Source: Anaeromyxobacteraceae bacterium (lineage in GTDB: Bacteria; Myxococcota; Myxococcia; Myxococcales; Anaeromyxobacteraceae). From it: a stretch of 64,000 nucleotides of DNA. The DNA lies in assembly GCA_047602405.1 (NCBI GenBank), contig JASGHJ010000002.1, positions 1,408,001 to 1,472,000 on the forward strand, written 5' to 3'. Below, piece after piece: positions 52,832 to 62,709 of the stretch. Positions within the stretch are counted from its first letter, which is position 1, and each line of letters starts with the position of its first letter. A program made the translations under genes and the position numbers. The notes beneath the pieces are model-generated. The model saw only the letters and a program-made list of their open reading frames with translations, was not told the origin of the DNA and made no database searches.

Positions 52832-55387
52832 ATGCACCGTCCGACCGACGCCGCCGACTACCGCCTGCCCCGCTCCGTCCGGCCGATCCGGTACGACGCC
52901 GCGCTGTCCCTCGACCCCGAGCGCGGCGCGTTCACCGGCACGCTCCGCCTCTCGCTCCTCCTCGAGGCGCCGTCCGCCGAGCTCGTCCTCCACGCGGCGG
53001 AGCTCGCGCTCTCGTCCGCCGCGGTCGTCGCGGGCGGGCAGCGGCTCGTCGCCGGGCCGCCCGCGTACGCGGCGCCGAGCGAGACCGTCACCCTCACGTT
53101 CCCCTCCGCCATCCCGGCCGGCGAGGCCACCCTCGAGCTCGCCTGGTCCGGCCAGGTGTCGAACGGGCTGCGCGGGCTCTACGACGCGGGCGCGGGCATC
53201 CTCGCGACGCAGTTCGAGGCGGCCGACGCGCGCCGCGTGTTCCCCTGCCTCGACGAGCCGGGGTTCAAGGCGCCCTGGAAGCTCGCGGTGGAGGCGCCGA
53301 AGGGCGCCGTGGTGCTCTCGAACGGCGCGGCCGTCGCCGACGAGGATCTCGGCGCGCGCCGGCGCGTCACCTTCGCCGAGACGCCGCCCCTGCCCACCTA
53401 CCTCGTGGCGCTCGTCGCCGGCCGGATCGACGCGCCGCCCGGCGGCGCCGCCGGGGCGGTGCCGGTGCGCACCTGGGCCGCGCCGGAGAAGGCGGCCCTC
53501 TCGGCCTTCGGGCAGGAGGTCGCCCTCGAGGTGCTGCCCCGCCTCGAGGCCTACTTCGGCGTGCCCTACGCGTTCGGCAAGCTCGACCAGGTCGGGCTGC
53601 CGGAGTTCGAGGCCGGCGCCATGGAGAACGCGGGGCTCGTCACCTACCGCGAGCTCGCGCTGCTCCTCGACCCCGCCACCGCCTCGCTCGCCCAGCAGAA
53701 GCGCGTCGCCGAGGTCGTCACCCACGAGCTCGCGCACCAGTGGTTCGGCAACTGGGTGACCATGGCCTGGTGGGACGACCTCTGGCTGAACGAGGCCTTC
53801 GCCACCTGGATGGCCTACAAGATCGTGGACGCCTGGCGGCCGGGCTGGCGGGTGTGGCTCGACTTCGACCAGGGCCGCGCGGCGGCGATGCAGCTCGACG
53901 CGCAGTCCACCACGCACCCGGTGCGGGCGGAGATCCGGAGCGTCGCCGAGGCGGGCGAGGCCTTCGACCTCATCACCTACGAGAAGGGCGGGGCGGTGCT
54001 GCGGATGATCGAGGGGTACCTCGGCGCCGACCGGTTCCGCGACGGCATCCGGCTCTACATGCGGCGCCACGCCCGGGCGAACGCGGTCGCCGACGACCTG
54101 TGGGGCGCCCTCGGCGAGGCCTCCGGCGAGCCGGTGGTCGAGCTCGCGAACGCGTGGATCCGGCAGCCGGGCTTACCGCTGGTGCGCGCCCGCCTCGAGG
54201 GCGCGCGCCTGCACCTCGCGCAGGTCCGGTTCCGCTCCGCCGGCCTCGACGACCGCGGCGGCGAGGCCTGGCCCGTGCCGATGGTGCTGCGCGTCCGCCG
54301 CGGCGGGCGCTGGTCCGAGGAACGCCACCTCCTGCGCGGGCAGCGCGAGACGATCGAGCTCGCGGGCGCGCCCGAGGCGGTGGTGCTCGACGCGGGCGCG
54401 ACGGGCTTCTACCGGGCGGCCCCGGACGCCGCGATGCTGGAGGGGCTGGCGGCGCACCTCGGCGAGCTCGCCCCCGCCGAGCGCACCGCGCTCCTCTCCG
54501 ACGCCTGGGCGCTCGTGCGCGCCGGGGAGCGCGACGCCGCCTCGTACCTCGCCCTCGTCACCGCGTTCGGCGGCGAGGAGGACCACGCCGTGCTCGACGA
54601 GCTCGTCGCGCGCCTCGCCGCGATCGAGCACCGGCTCCTCGACGACCGCGACCGCCCGGCGTTCGGCGCGCTGGTGGCGACGATCTTCGGGCCGATCCTG
54701 GCCGCGGTGGGGTGGGACCCGGCCCCCGGGGAGCCGGACGCGATCCGGCTCCGCCGGGCCGCCGCCGTCCGCGCGCTCGGGCTCGTGGCGCGCGGCCAGG
54801 GGGTCGCGCACGAGGCGGGCGCGCGCGTCGACCGGCTGCTCGCCGGGGAGCGCGGCGCGCTCGAGCCGAACCTGCTCGACACGGCCGTGGCGCTCGCCGC
54901 CCGCGACGGCGACGAGGCGCGCTGGGAGCGCTTCCGGGCGCTCTTCCTCGCCGAGAAGGAGCCGGCCATGCGCCGGCGCTGGCTCATGGGGCTCGCGTCG
55001 TTCGAGCGCCCGGCGCTCGCGGCGCGCGGGATCGGCCTCGCCATGGCGGGGGAGGTCCCGCTGCAGGACACCGCCGGCTTCGCCGCCGCGCTCCTCGCCA
55101 ACCGCGCGGCGCGCGGCCCCTTCTGGGCGCGGCTGAGGGCCGAATGGGGCGCCTACCGGGGCCGGCTCGCGAACGCGCCCATGCTGGTCCGGCGCGTGGT
55201 CGAGTCCCTAGGCTACCTCGTGGAGCGGCATGAGCTCGACGAGGCCGAGGTGTTCCTCGCGGCGAACCCGGTGGAGGAGGCGAGGCAGGCGATCGCCCAG
55301 ACGCTCGAGCGGCTGCGCGAGGACGTGGCCCTGCGGGAGCGCTCGCGCGAGAGCCTCGGCCGCTGGCTCGCGGCGCGGACGCGCTGA
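52832..55387 (+). CDS. M1 family zinc aminopeptidase with ERAP1-like C-terminal domain
   Basis: TQFEAADARR.FPC.DEP, GAMEN, HELAH..W.DLWLNEAFA, YEKG. Confidence 0.95.
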   Translation: MHRPTDAADYRLPRSVRPIRYDAALSLDPERGAFTGTLRLSLLLEAPSAELVLHAAELALSSAAVVAGGQRLVAGPPAYAAPSETVTLTFPSAIPAGEATLELAWSGQVSNGLRGLYDAGAGILATQFEAADARRVFPCLDEPGFKAPWKLAVEAPKGAVVLSNGAAVADEDLGARRRVTFAETPPLPTYLVALVAGRIDAPPGGAAGAVPVRTWAAPEKAALSAFGQEVALEVLPRLEAYFGVPYAFGKLDQVGLPEFEAGAMENAGLVTYRELALLLDPATASLAQQKRVAEVVTHELAHQWFGNWVTMAWWDDLWLNEAFATWMAYKIVDAWRPGWRVWLDFDQGRAAAMQLDAQSTTHPVRAEIRSVAEAGEAFDLITYEKGGAVLRMIEGYLGADRFRDGIRLYMRRHARANAVADDLWGALGEASGEPVVELANAWIRQPGLPLVRARLEGARLHLAQVRFRSAGLDDRGGEAWPVPMVLRVRRGGRWSEERHLLRGQRETIELAGAPEAVVLDAGATGFYRAAPDAAMLEGLAAHLGELAPAERTALLSDAWALVRAGERDAASYLALVTAFGGEEDHAVLDELVARLAAIEHRLLDDRDRPAFGALVATIFGPILAAVGWDPAPGEPDAIRLRRAAAVRALGLVARGQGVAHEAGARVDRLLAGERGALEPNLLDTAVALAARDGDEARWERFRALFLAEKEPAMRRRWLMGLASFERPALAARGIGLAMAGEVPLQDTAGFAAALLANRAARGPFWARLRAEWGAYRGRLANAPMLVRRVVESLGYLVERHELDEAEVFLAANPVEEARQAIAQTLERLREDVALRERSRESLGRWLAARTR

Positions 55388-55444
55388 GCCGGCGCGCCCG
55401 CCGCGGCGGCGGGACCCCGCGGGAGCCGCGGAGGAGGGCGCCCC

Positions 55445-57211
55445 GTGGCCGCGGTGACCCCGGACGATCCACGCCCCGCGCGCGGGGCGCCCCCGCTCTT
55501 CTACCGGTCGCTGTCCGACTTCCTCCGCGTCCTGCCCGGGGCGGCGCAGCGCTTCTGGCTGCTCGTCTTCGCGACCGGCGCGCTCGCCGGCGCCGGTGCG
55601 GGCGGGCTCCTGTGGTTGCTCCGCACGGTGCAGGCGCTCGCCTGGCCGGCCTCTCCCACCTTCGTCGAGGCCGTCGGCGCCACGACGCCGCTGCACCGGG
55701 TGGCGGTGCCGCTCGCCGCGGGCGCGCTCGTTGCGCTCGTGTTCGCGGTGTGGCCGCGCCTCCCGGGCGGGCACGGCACCGCGCGGATCCTCGAGGCCAT
55801 CTGGCACCGCGGCCGGGAGCTGTCGCTCGGGCGCACGCTCGCGCGGGGGGCCCTCTCGGTCACCTGCGTCGGCATGGGGGCCTCGCTCGGCCGCGAGGGC
55901 GCGCTCGTGCAGGCGGGCGCCTCGGCGGGCTCCTGGCTCGCGACCCGGCTCCGGCTGGACGAGGAGCGGACCCGGGTGCTCGTCGCCTGCGGCGCGGCCT
56001 CGGGGATCGCCGCCGCCTACGACGTGCCGATCGGCGGCGCGCTCTTCGGCCTCGAGGTGCTGCTCGGCTCCTTCGCCCTCGAGCTGCTCGGGCCCATCGT
56101 GGTCTCCTGCGTGGTCGCGACCGCCGTGGCGCGGATCGTGCCCGGCGCGCACCTCGCCTACCAGCTCCCGGAGTATGCGCTGCTGCGCCCCGGCGAGCTG
56201 TTGCCGGCGCTCGTGCTCGCGCCCGCGCTCGGCCTCGCGGCCGCCGGCTTCGTGCGGCTGCTCGGGTTCGTGGAGGTCGCGCTCGACCGCCTGCCGGCGC
56301 GGCTGCAGCCGTTCCTCCCGCCGCTCGGGATGGGGCTCGTCGGGCTCCTCGCGATCTCCTACCCGCCGGTGCTGGGGAACGGCTTCGACACCGTCCAGCA
56401 GATGCTCGTCGGCGCGCTCCCGCTCGCGGTGCTGCTCGCGCTCGTGGTGCTCAAGGTCGGGGCGACGGCGCTCTGCGCGGGCACCGGCGTGCCGGGCGGC
56501 CTCTTCACGCCGACGCTCTTCGTGGGGGCGGCCCTGGGGGGCTCGGCGGGGCTCGTGCTCGAGCGCATGGTCCCGGGCCTCGTGCCGCCGGGCGCGCTCG
56601 CGCTCGTGGGCATGGCGGGGATGCTCGCCGGCACCACCCACGCCGCCGTGTCGGCCGCGATCATCATCTTCGAGATGACCGGGGACTACGGCGTGATCCT
56701 CCCGCTCATGCTCGCCGCCGCGGTGGCGGCCGCGACCGCCCGGGTCGTCGAGCCCGACTCGCTCTACACGGCGCCCCTGCGCCGGCGCGGCGTCGCGCTG
56801 CCGGAGCTGCCGAGGCCGGAGTGGCTGCGCCGGACGCCCGTCGCGGCGATCGTCACGCCGGACGCGGAGCGGGTGGGGCCCGGGGAGCGCTTCGAGATCG
56901 TGCTGCGCCGGCTGCTCGCGCTCGCGCCGGGCCACGATCTCTACGTCACGGGCGAGGACGGCCGCCTCCTCGGCGTCATCCGCCTCGACGCGCTCAAGGG
57001 GACCATCCCGGATCAGGCCCACCTCGACATGATCGTCGCGGGCGACGTGCTCGACCGCGGGGTCGAGCCGCTCACCTCCGGGCTCTCGATCGACGAGGTC
57101 GCGCAGCGGTTCGCCGACGGGGACCTCGAGCGGCTGCCGGTGGTGGACTCCGAGCGGCGCCTCATCGGCACCGTCGGCATGCGCGAGGTGCTGGCCCTGG
57201 GCCGGTTCTGA
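55445..57211 (+). CDS. ClC-family chloride channel/transporter with CBS pair
   Basis: SLGREGA, CGAASGIAAAY..PIGG.LF.LE, GGLFTP.L..GA, FEMTGDY; C-terminal CBS (LPVVD). Confidence 0.92.
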   Translation: MAAVTPDDPRPARGAPPLFYRSLSDFLRVLPGAAQRFWLLVFATGALAGAGAGGLLWLLRTVQALAWPASPTFVEAVGATTPLHRVAVPLAAGALVALVFAVWPRLPGGHGTARILEAIWHRGRELSLGRTLARGALSVTCVGMGASLGREGALVQAGASAGSWLATRLRLDEERTRVLVACGAASGIAAAYDVPIGGALFGLEVLLGSFALELLGPIVVSCVVATAVARIVPGAHLAYQLPEYALLRPGELLPALVLAPALGLAAAGFVRLLGFVEVALDRLPARLQPFLPPLGMGLVGLLAISYPPVLGNGFDTVQQMLVGALPLAVLLALVVLKVGATALCAGTGVPGGLFTPTLFVGAALGGSAGLVLERMVPGLVPPGALALVGMAGMLAGTTHAAVSAAIIIFEMTGDYGVILPLMLAAAVAAATARVVEPDSLYTAPLRRRGVALPELPRPEWLRRTPVAAIVTPDAERVGPGERFEIVLRRLLALAPGHDLYVTGEDGRLLGVIRLDALKGTIPDQAHLDMIVAGDVLDRGVEPLTSGLSIDEVAQRFADGDLERLPVVDSERRLIGTVGMREVLALGRF

Positions 57212-57226
57212 GTCTCGAGGGGGCGT

Positions 57227-57272
57227 CCCTCGACTCCGGCCCGCTTCGCGGGCCTACGCTCGGGATGAGCGG
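57227..57272. repeat. REP-like palindromic element between convergent genes
   Basis: CCCTCGACTCC-GGCCCGC-TTC-GCGGGCC-TACGCTCGGGATGAGCGG; resembles CCCTTCGAC...GCTCAGGATGAACGG-type intergenic repeats; single copy here. Confidence 0.5.
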
Positions 57273-57308
57273 TCGGGCGGCTCCGCTCCGCTTCGCCGGG
57301 TTTCGGCC

Positions 57309-57692
57309 CTACTCGAACTCGGCGACGACCTGGCCGGACTGCACGGCCTCGCCGACCTTCGCGTTGATGGCGGAGACCTTCGCGGCCATCGGGGCCGTGA
57401 TGTTGGTCTCCATCTTCATCGCCTCGAGGACGAGGAGGACGTCGCCGACCTGGATCGCCTGGCCGGGCTGCGCGAGCACGCGGACGACGGTGCCGGCGAT
57501 GGGGCTGCGGCACACCTTCGCGCCGTCGGCCGGCGGCGCCTTGCCGTTCGTAGGCCGCGGCGGCGCGGCGACCGGGGGCGAGGCGGGGACCCGCGGCGCG
57601 GCGGAGACCGGGGCCGGGCGGACCGGCTCGGGCTCGCTTGCCTCGACGTCCACCTCGTAGACCTTGCCGTCGACGGTGATCTTGAGCTTCAC
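57309..57692 (-). CDS. Biotin carboxyl carrier, transcarboxylase 1.3S subunit
   Basis: MKLKITVDGKVYEVDVE, SPIAGTV, LEAMKMET. Confidence 0.93.
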   Translation of the reverse strand: MKLKITVDGKVYEVDVEASEPEPVRPAPVSAAPRVPASPPVAAPPRPTNGKAPPADGAKVCRSPIAGTVVRVLAQPGQAIQVGDVLLVLEAMKMETNITAPMAAKVSAINAKVGEAVQSGQVVAEFE

Positions 57693-57701
57693 GGAGTGCT
57701 C

Positions 57702-58050
57702 CTACCGCAGCGCGTGGGAACCCTGGATGGAGACGCGGCCGGCGTGCGCCCACCCCTCGGAGGAGAGGAGGCGGAATCTGCCGGATGACGGGCCGCTTGC
57801 CGAGGAACGCGGCGATGGCGGCGGAGAGGACGAGCACGACCTCCTCGGAGATGGGCTCCGGGGCGGCCGCGGGCGGCGGGGCGGCGGGTGCGGCCGACGC
57901 CGGCGGCGGGAGGGCGGCCGGCGCGGGCGCCGCCTTCGCGCCCTCGAGCGCCGCGAGGCGGTCGGCGAGCGCGGCGAGCTCGGCCTTCAGCGCGGCCACC
58001 TCGTCGAGCGGGCCCTCGGGCCCCTTCGGCTGCTTCTTCGGCGTCGCCAC
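57702..58050 (-). CDS. Small transcarboxylase-associated protein (apparent indel near 57776)
   Basis: Coiled coil, ISEEVVLVLSAAIAAFLG, then after correction IRLLSSEGWAHAGRVSIQGSH; lies between 12S and 1.3S genes. Confidence 0.7.
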
Positions 58051-58058
58051 GGGATCTC

Positions 58059-59618
58059 CTAGAGCGGGATGAGGCCGTGCTTCTTCGGCGGGCGGAGCTC
58101 GCGCTTCGCGTGGAGGTACTCGAGCGCCTGGGCGAGGCGCTTGCGGGTCTCGGCGGGCTCGATGATGTCGTCGACGAGCCGGCGGCCCGCCGCCATGTAC
58201 GGCGACGAGAAGGTGTCCTTGTACTGCTGGATGAGCTCGGCGCGCTTGGCGGCCCGGTCCGGCGCCGACTCCATCTCCTTGCGGAAGACGATCTCGACCG
58301 CGCCCTCGGCGCCCATCACCGCGATCTCGGCGGTGGGCCAGGCGAAGACCCGGTCGGCGCCGAGGTCCTTCGAGCACATCGCGAGGTGCGCGCCGCCGTA
58401 GCTCTTGCGCAGGATGAGCTGGATCTTCGGCACGGTGGCCGCCGAGTACGCGAAGAGCATCTTCGCGCCGTGGCGGATGATCCCGCCGTACTCCTGCTGC
58501 ACGCCCGGCAGGAAGCCCGGCACGTCCACGAGCGTGACGAGCGGGACGTTGAAGGCGTTGCAGAAGCGGATGAACCGGGCGGCCTTGTCGGAGGCGTCGA
58601 TGTCGAGCACGCCGGAGAGGACCGAGGGCTGGTTCGCGATGAAGCCGACGGACCGCCCCAGGAGCCGGGCGAAGCCGACGACGATGTTCATCGCGTGGCC
58701 GGCCTGGACCTCCAGGAAGTCGGCCCCGTCCACGATGCCCTCGATGACCCGGCGGACGTCGTAGCCCTGCTTCCCCTCCACCGGGACGAGCTTCGCGAGC
58801 TCCGGGTTCGGCTCGACCGCGTTGTCGCTCGGCAGCCGGGGCGGGTCCTCGAGGTTGTTCGAGGGCAGGAAGGAGAGGAGGCGGCGCGCCAGCGCGAGCG
58901 CCTGGGCGTCGTCGTCGGCGACGAAGTGGATGACGCCCGAGTGCGCCATGTGCGCGTCGGGGCCGCCCAGCGCGTCGGCGGTGATCTGCTCGCCGGTCAC
59001 CTGCTTGATGACCTGCGGGCCGGTGATGAACATCTGGGCCTGGCGGGTCTGGATGATGAAGTCGGTGAGGGCGGGGGAGTACGCCGCGCCGCCCGCGCAG
59101 GGACCGCAGATGATCGAGATCTGCGGGACCGAGCCCGAGAGCATCACGTTGTGGTGGAAGACCTGGCCGTAGCCGGAGAGCGAGTCGATGCCCTCCTGCA
59201 CCCGGGCGCCGCCGGAGTCGTTCACGAAGACGAAGGGCGACCCGGTCCGGAGCGCGTGGGCCATCACCTCGGCGACCTTGAGCGAGTGGACCTCGCCGGC
59301 GGTGCCGCCCATCACGGTGAAGTCCTGGCTCGCGAGGTGGACGAGCCGGCCGTCCACCGAGGCCGCGCCGGTGACGACGCCGTCCGCGGGGACCTCCTTG
59401 CCCGCCATGCCGAAGTGCTCCGCGCGGTGGCGCGCGAAGAGCCCGAACTCCTCGAAGCTGTTCCGGTCGACGAGCGCGTCGATGCGCTCGCGGGCGGTGA
59501 GCTTCCCGCCCTCGTGCTGCTTCGCGACCCGCTCCGCCCCGCCGCCCGCGAGCACCTTCGCGCGCTGCGCGCGCAGGTCCTCGGTGAGCGCCTCCATCGT
59601 CCTCGCCTTCGTCGCCAT
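58059..59618 (-). CDS. Methylmalonyl-CoA carboxytransferase 12S subunit (acyl-CoA carboxyltransferase beta fold)
   Basis: GKLTARERI, DGVVTG, QDFTVMGG, DSGGARVQEG, GPCAGGAAYSPALTDF, GGIIRHGAK, KKHG. Confidence 0.9.
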   Translation of the reverse strand: MATKARTMEALTEDLRAQRAKVLAGGGAERVAKQHEGGKLTARERIDALVDRNSFEEFGLFARHRAEHFGMAGKEVPADGVVTGAASVDGRLVHLASQDFTVMGGTAGEVHSLKVAEVMAHALRTGSPFVFVNDSGGARVQEGIDSLSGYGQVFHHNVMLSGSVPQISIICGPCAGGAAYSPALTDFIIQTRQAQMFITGPQVIKQVTGEQITADALGGPDAHMAHSGVIHFVADDDAQALALARRLLSFLPSNNLEDPPRLPSDNAVEPNPELAKLVPVEGKQGYDVRRVIEGIVDGADFLEVQAGHAMNIVVGFARLLGRSVGFIANQPSVLSGVLDIDASDKAARFIRFCNAFNVPLVTLVDVPGFLPGVQQEYGGIIRHGAKMLFAYSAATVPKIQLILRKSYGGAHLAMCSKDLGADRVFAWPTAEIAVMGAEGAVEIVFRKEMESAPDRAAKRAELIQQYKDTFSSPYMAAGRRLVDDIIEPAETRKRLAQALEYLHAKRELRPPKKHGLIPL

Positions 59619-59630
59619 GGCTCCGCTCTG

Positions 59631-61145
59631 TTACGCCGGGGTGACGGTGACCTGGTGCGTCCGGTCGCCGAGCTTGATCTCGTAGCTGACGGGGGCCCGC
59701 ACCGGGCCCGCGCCGTTGCCGGCCGCCGGGGCCGCGCCCGCCGCCGGGGCCGCCGCCTTCGCGGCCGGGTCCTTGCCCACGTTCTTCGGCCCCTCCGCCC
59801 GGGTGCCGAAGAACTTCGGCGCGACCTGCGGGAACATCGCGTAGGTGAGGACGTCCTCGTCGGTACCGTCGCAGCCCTTGAGCGCGAGCGCCTGGCTGCG
59901 CAGCTCGTCCCACTCCGGCTTCAGGTGGTCGGCCGGGCGGTCGGTGATGGGCTCCTTCTTCGCGTGCTTCGCCGCGGCGCGCACGACGTCCGCGTCGCGC
60001 TGGCCGAGCGTCGCGCCGTAGTAGCCGAGCATCAGGTCGGCGAACTCGCCGGTGAGCACCTTGTACCGGCCCATCAGCACGTTGAAGACCGCCTGCGTGC
60101 CGACGATCTGCGAGGAGGGCGTCACGAGCGGCGGGTAGCCGGCGTCCTTGCGGACCCGCGGCACCTCGGCGAGCACCTCCTTGACGCGCTCGCCGGCGCC
60201 CTGCTGCTTCAGCTGGCTCTCCATGTTGGAGATCATCCCGCCGGGGATCTGGCTGTCGAAGATCTCGGTCTCGACGCCGATGAACTTCGACTCGAACTCG
60301 GCGTAGCGCCCGCGGACCTTCGCGAAGTGGTCCTTGATCTTCACGAGCCGCCCCTTGTCGAGGCGGGTGTGCCAGGGGGTGCCCTCGAGCATCTCGACGA
60401 GGGCCTCGGTGGGGTTGTGGCCCGGCCCGAGCGACATCGAGGAGATCGCCGTGTCGACGATGTCCACGCCGGCCTCGATGGCCTTCATGATGCTCACCAG
60501 CGTGACGCCGGTGGTGGCGTGGACGTGCAGGTGCACCGGGACGTGCTCGCCGCACGCCTGCTTGATGCCGCGGACGAGCTCGTGGGCGGGCTGGGGCTTG
60601 AGCAGCGCCGCCATGTCCTTGATGCAGATGGAGTCGGCGCCCATCTCGACGAGCTGCTCGGCGAGCTCGACGAAGTCGTCGATCGAGTGCAGCGGCGAGG
60701 TCGTGTAGCAGATGGTGCCCTCGGCGTGCTTGCCGGTGCGGCGGACCGCCTGCATGGCGCGGCGCAGGTTGCGGATGTCGTTCAGCGCGTCGAACACGCG
60801 GAAGACGTCCATCCCGTTCTCGGCCGACTTCTCGACGAACCGGTCGACGACCGTGTCCTCGTAGTGCCGGTAGCCGAGCAGGTTCTGCCCGCGCAGGAGC
60901 ATCTGCAGCCGGGACTTCGGCAGGAGCTTGCGGAACGTCCGCAGGCGCTCCCACGGATCCTCGTTGAGGAAGCGGATGCAGGCGTCGTACGTCGCCCCGC
61001 CCCAGCACTCGACGCTCCAGTACCCGGCCTCGTCGATCTCGGCGCAGATGGGCGCCATGTCCTCGAGCGCCATCCGCGTCGCGAGCAGGCTCTGGTGCCC
61101 GTCGCGCAGCGCCAGCTCCGTCACCTCGACCAGCTTCTTCGTCAT
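59631..61145 (-). CDS. Methylmalonyl-CoA carboxytransferase 5S subunit (504 aa; no biotinyl domain)
   Basis: LRDGHQSLLATRM, VECWGGATYDACIRFLNEDPWERL, CIKDMAALL, HVHATTG, QIPGGMISN, GYPPLVTPSSQIVG. Confidence 0.9.
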   Translation of the reverse strand: MTKKLVEVTELALRDGHQSLLATRMALEDMAPICAEIDEAGYWSVECWGGATYDACIRFLNEDPWERLRTFRKLLPKSRLQMLLRGQNLLGYRHYEDTVVDRFVEKSAENGMDVFRVFDALNDIRNLRRAMQAVRRTGKHAEGTICYTTSPLHSIDDFVELAEQLVEMGADSICIKDMAALLKPQPAHELVRGIKQACGEHVPVHLHVHATTGVTLVSIMKAIEAGVDIVDTAISSMSLGPGHNPTEALVEMLEGTPWHTRLDKGRLVKIKDHFAKVRGRYAEFESKFIGVETEIFDSQIPGGMISNMESQLKQQGAGERVKEVLAEVPRVRKDAGYPPLVTPSSQIVGTQAVFNVLMGRYKVLTGEFADLMLGYYGATLGQRDADVVRAAAKHAKKEPITDRPADHLKPEWDELRSQALALKGCDGTDEDVLTYAMFPQVAPKFFGTRAEGPKNVGKDPAAKAAAPAAGAAPAAGNGAGPVRAPVSYEIKLGDRTHQVTVTPA

Positions 61146-61331
61146 CGTGCCTCCCACCCCTCTCAACGCGGCCCGATCTACACGCCTTCCGGGGCGCGCG
61201 CGACGCCCCGCGTTGTCGCAGCACCCGAAGGATCTGTTCAGGGCCACGCAGGTTTGCACCTGTTGCACTGTTTTCACCCGCCGTACGCGCATCGGTTGCG
61301 TACGTCCCTCGACCCGTGCACGCTCGAAGGG

Positions 61332-62612
61332 ATGACCGCCCTCGTGCTCGCCTACCGCGCCCCGGTCCGCCACGCGCTCGACGTGCTGTGGGGCGCTGTG
61401 GAGGTGACGCCCACCACGGCGAGGCTCCCGGTCGTCGCCGCGGAGCCGGCGGACCTCGAGGGCGCGGTGCGGGCCGCGGTCGCGGCGCACGGCCGCGTGG
61501 TCGTCGCGTGGTCCTTCTACTCGGCGGGGTTCGAGGCGGCGGCCGCGGCGCTCGCCGCCCTGCGGGCCGCCTGCCCGGGGCCCGGCGTGCTCCACGTCGC
61601 CGGCGGGCCGCACGCGAGCGCGGCGCCCGCCGCCACGCTCGCCGCCGGGTTCGACCTCGTCGCGACGGGGGAGGGCGAGCTGACGCTGCCGGCGCTGATG
61701 GCCCGCGTCGCCGCGGGCGAGGACCCGCGCCTCGCGCCGGGCCTCGCCTGGCTGGACGGGGAGGGGAGGCTCGCGACGGGCGCGCGGCCGCCGATGATCG
61801 CGCTCGACGACTTCCCGCCCTGCGCGCCGGGCGCGGTGAGGCGCGGGCCGATCGGAATCACCCGCGGGTGCGTCTGGGCCTGCCGCTTCTGCCAGACCCC
61901 GTTCCTGTTCAAGGCGCGCTTCCGCCACCGCTCGCTCGAGGGCGTGCGGCGGTGGGCGCGCTGGCTCTACGGCACCGGCGCGCGGGACCTCCGGTTCCTC
62001 ACGCCCTCGGCGCTTTCCTGGGGCTCGGCGGACGGGGGGGTGGACCTCGACGCGGTCGAGGCGCTCCTCGCCACCGTGCGCGAGGAGGCGGGCCCCTCCC
62101 GGCGGGTGTTCTTCGGAACGTTCCCCTCCGAGCTGAGGCCCGAGCACGTGTCGGCGCGGGCGCTCGCGCTCGTGCGGCGCCACTGCGACAACGGCACCGT
62201 GCTCCTCGGCGGCCAGTCCGGCTCGCCGCGCGTCCTCGAGGCGATGGGGCGTGGTCACGGGGTCGAGGACGTGGAGCGCGCGGCGCGCCTGGCGGTCGAG
62301 GCGGGGCTCGTGCCGGACGTGGACCTCGTCTTCGGGTTGCCGGGCGAGGAGGAGGCGGACCGCGCGGCGACGCGGGCGCTCGCGGCGCGGCTCGCCGCGG
62401 CCGGCGCGCGCGTGCACGCGCACGCGTTCATGCCGCTGCCGGGCACGCCGTGGGCATCCGCGGCGCCCGGGGAGATCGACGCCGAGACCCGACGGCTCCT
62501 CGACCGGCTGGCCTCCGCCGGGCACGCGCACGGGCAGTGGAGGCGGCAGGAGCGGCTCGCGGCGGCGAGCAAACCGCCGCTTGCGCCCCATCGTGGACAA
62601 GTCGACGGTTGA
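61332..62612 (+). CDS. B12-binding-like/radical SAM protein (TIGR04013-like)
   Basis: VAGGPHAS, GEGE, ITRGCVWACRFCQTP (CxxxCxxC), FGTFPSELRPE, FMPLPGTP. Confidence 0.85.
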   Translation: MTALVLAYRAPVRHALDVLWGAVEVTPTTARLPVVAAEPADLEGAVRAAVAAHGRVVVAWSFYSAGFEAAAAALAALRAACPGPGVLHVAGGPHASAAPAATLAAGFDLVATGEGELTLPALMARVAAGEDPRLAPGLAWLDGEGRLATGARPPMIALDDFPPCAPGAVRRGPIGITRGCVWACRFCQTPFLFKARFRHRSLEGVRRWARWLYGTGARDLRFLTPSALSWGSADGGVDLDAVEALLATVREEAGPSRRVFFGTFPSELRPEHVSARALALVRRHCDNGTVLLGGQSGSPRVLEAMGRGHGVEDVERAARLAVEAGLVPDVDLVFGLPGEEEADRAATRALAARLAAAGARVHAHAFMPLPGTPWASAAPGEIDAETRRLLDRLASAGHAHGQWRRQERLAAASKPPLAPHRGQVDG

Positions 62613-62709
62613 TCCCCGTCAAGGGAGTGCGCTCCCGCCAGGGTGTAGCGTCGGCTGTCGTCCGGACGGAGGGCAGCGCCTCCATCCGGCCCCCCGGAGG
62701 CACCACAAC

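Noticed and set aside
57309..61145. Na+-pumping oxaloacetate/methylmalonyl-CoA decarboxylase or pyruvate carboxylase
   Set aside because: No membrane beta subunit or biotin carboxylase in the operon, and 5S lacks a fused biotinyl domain
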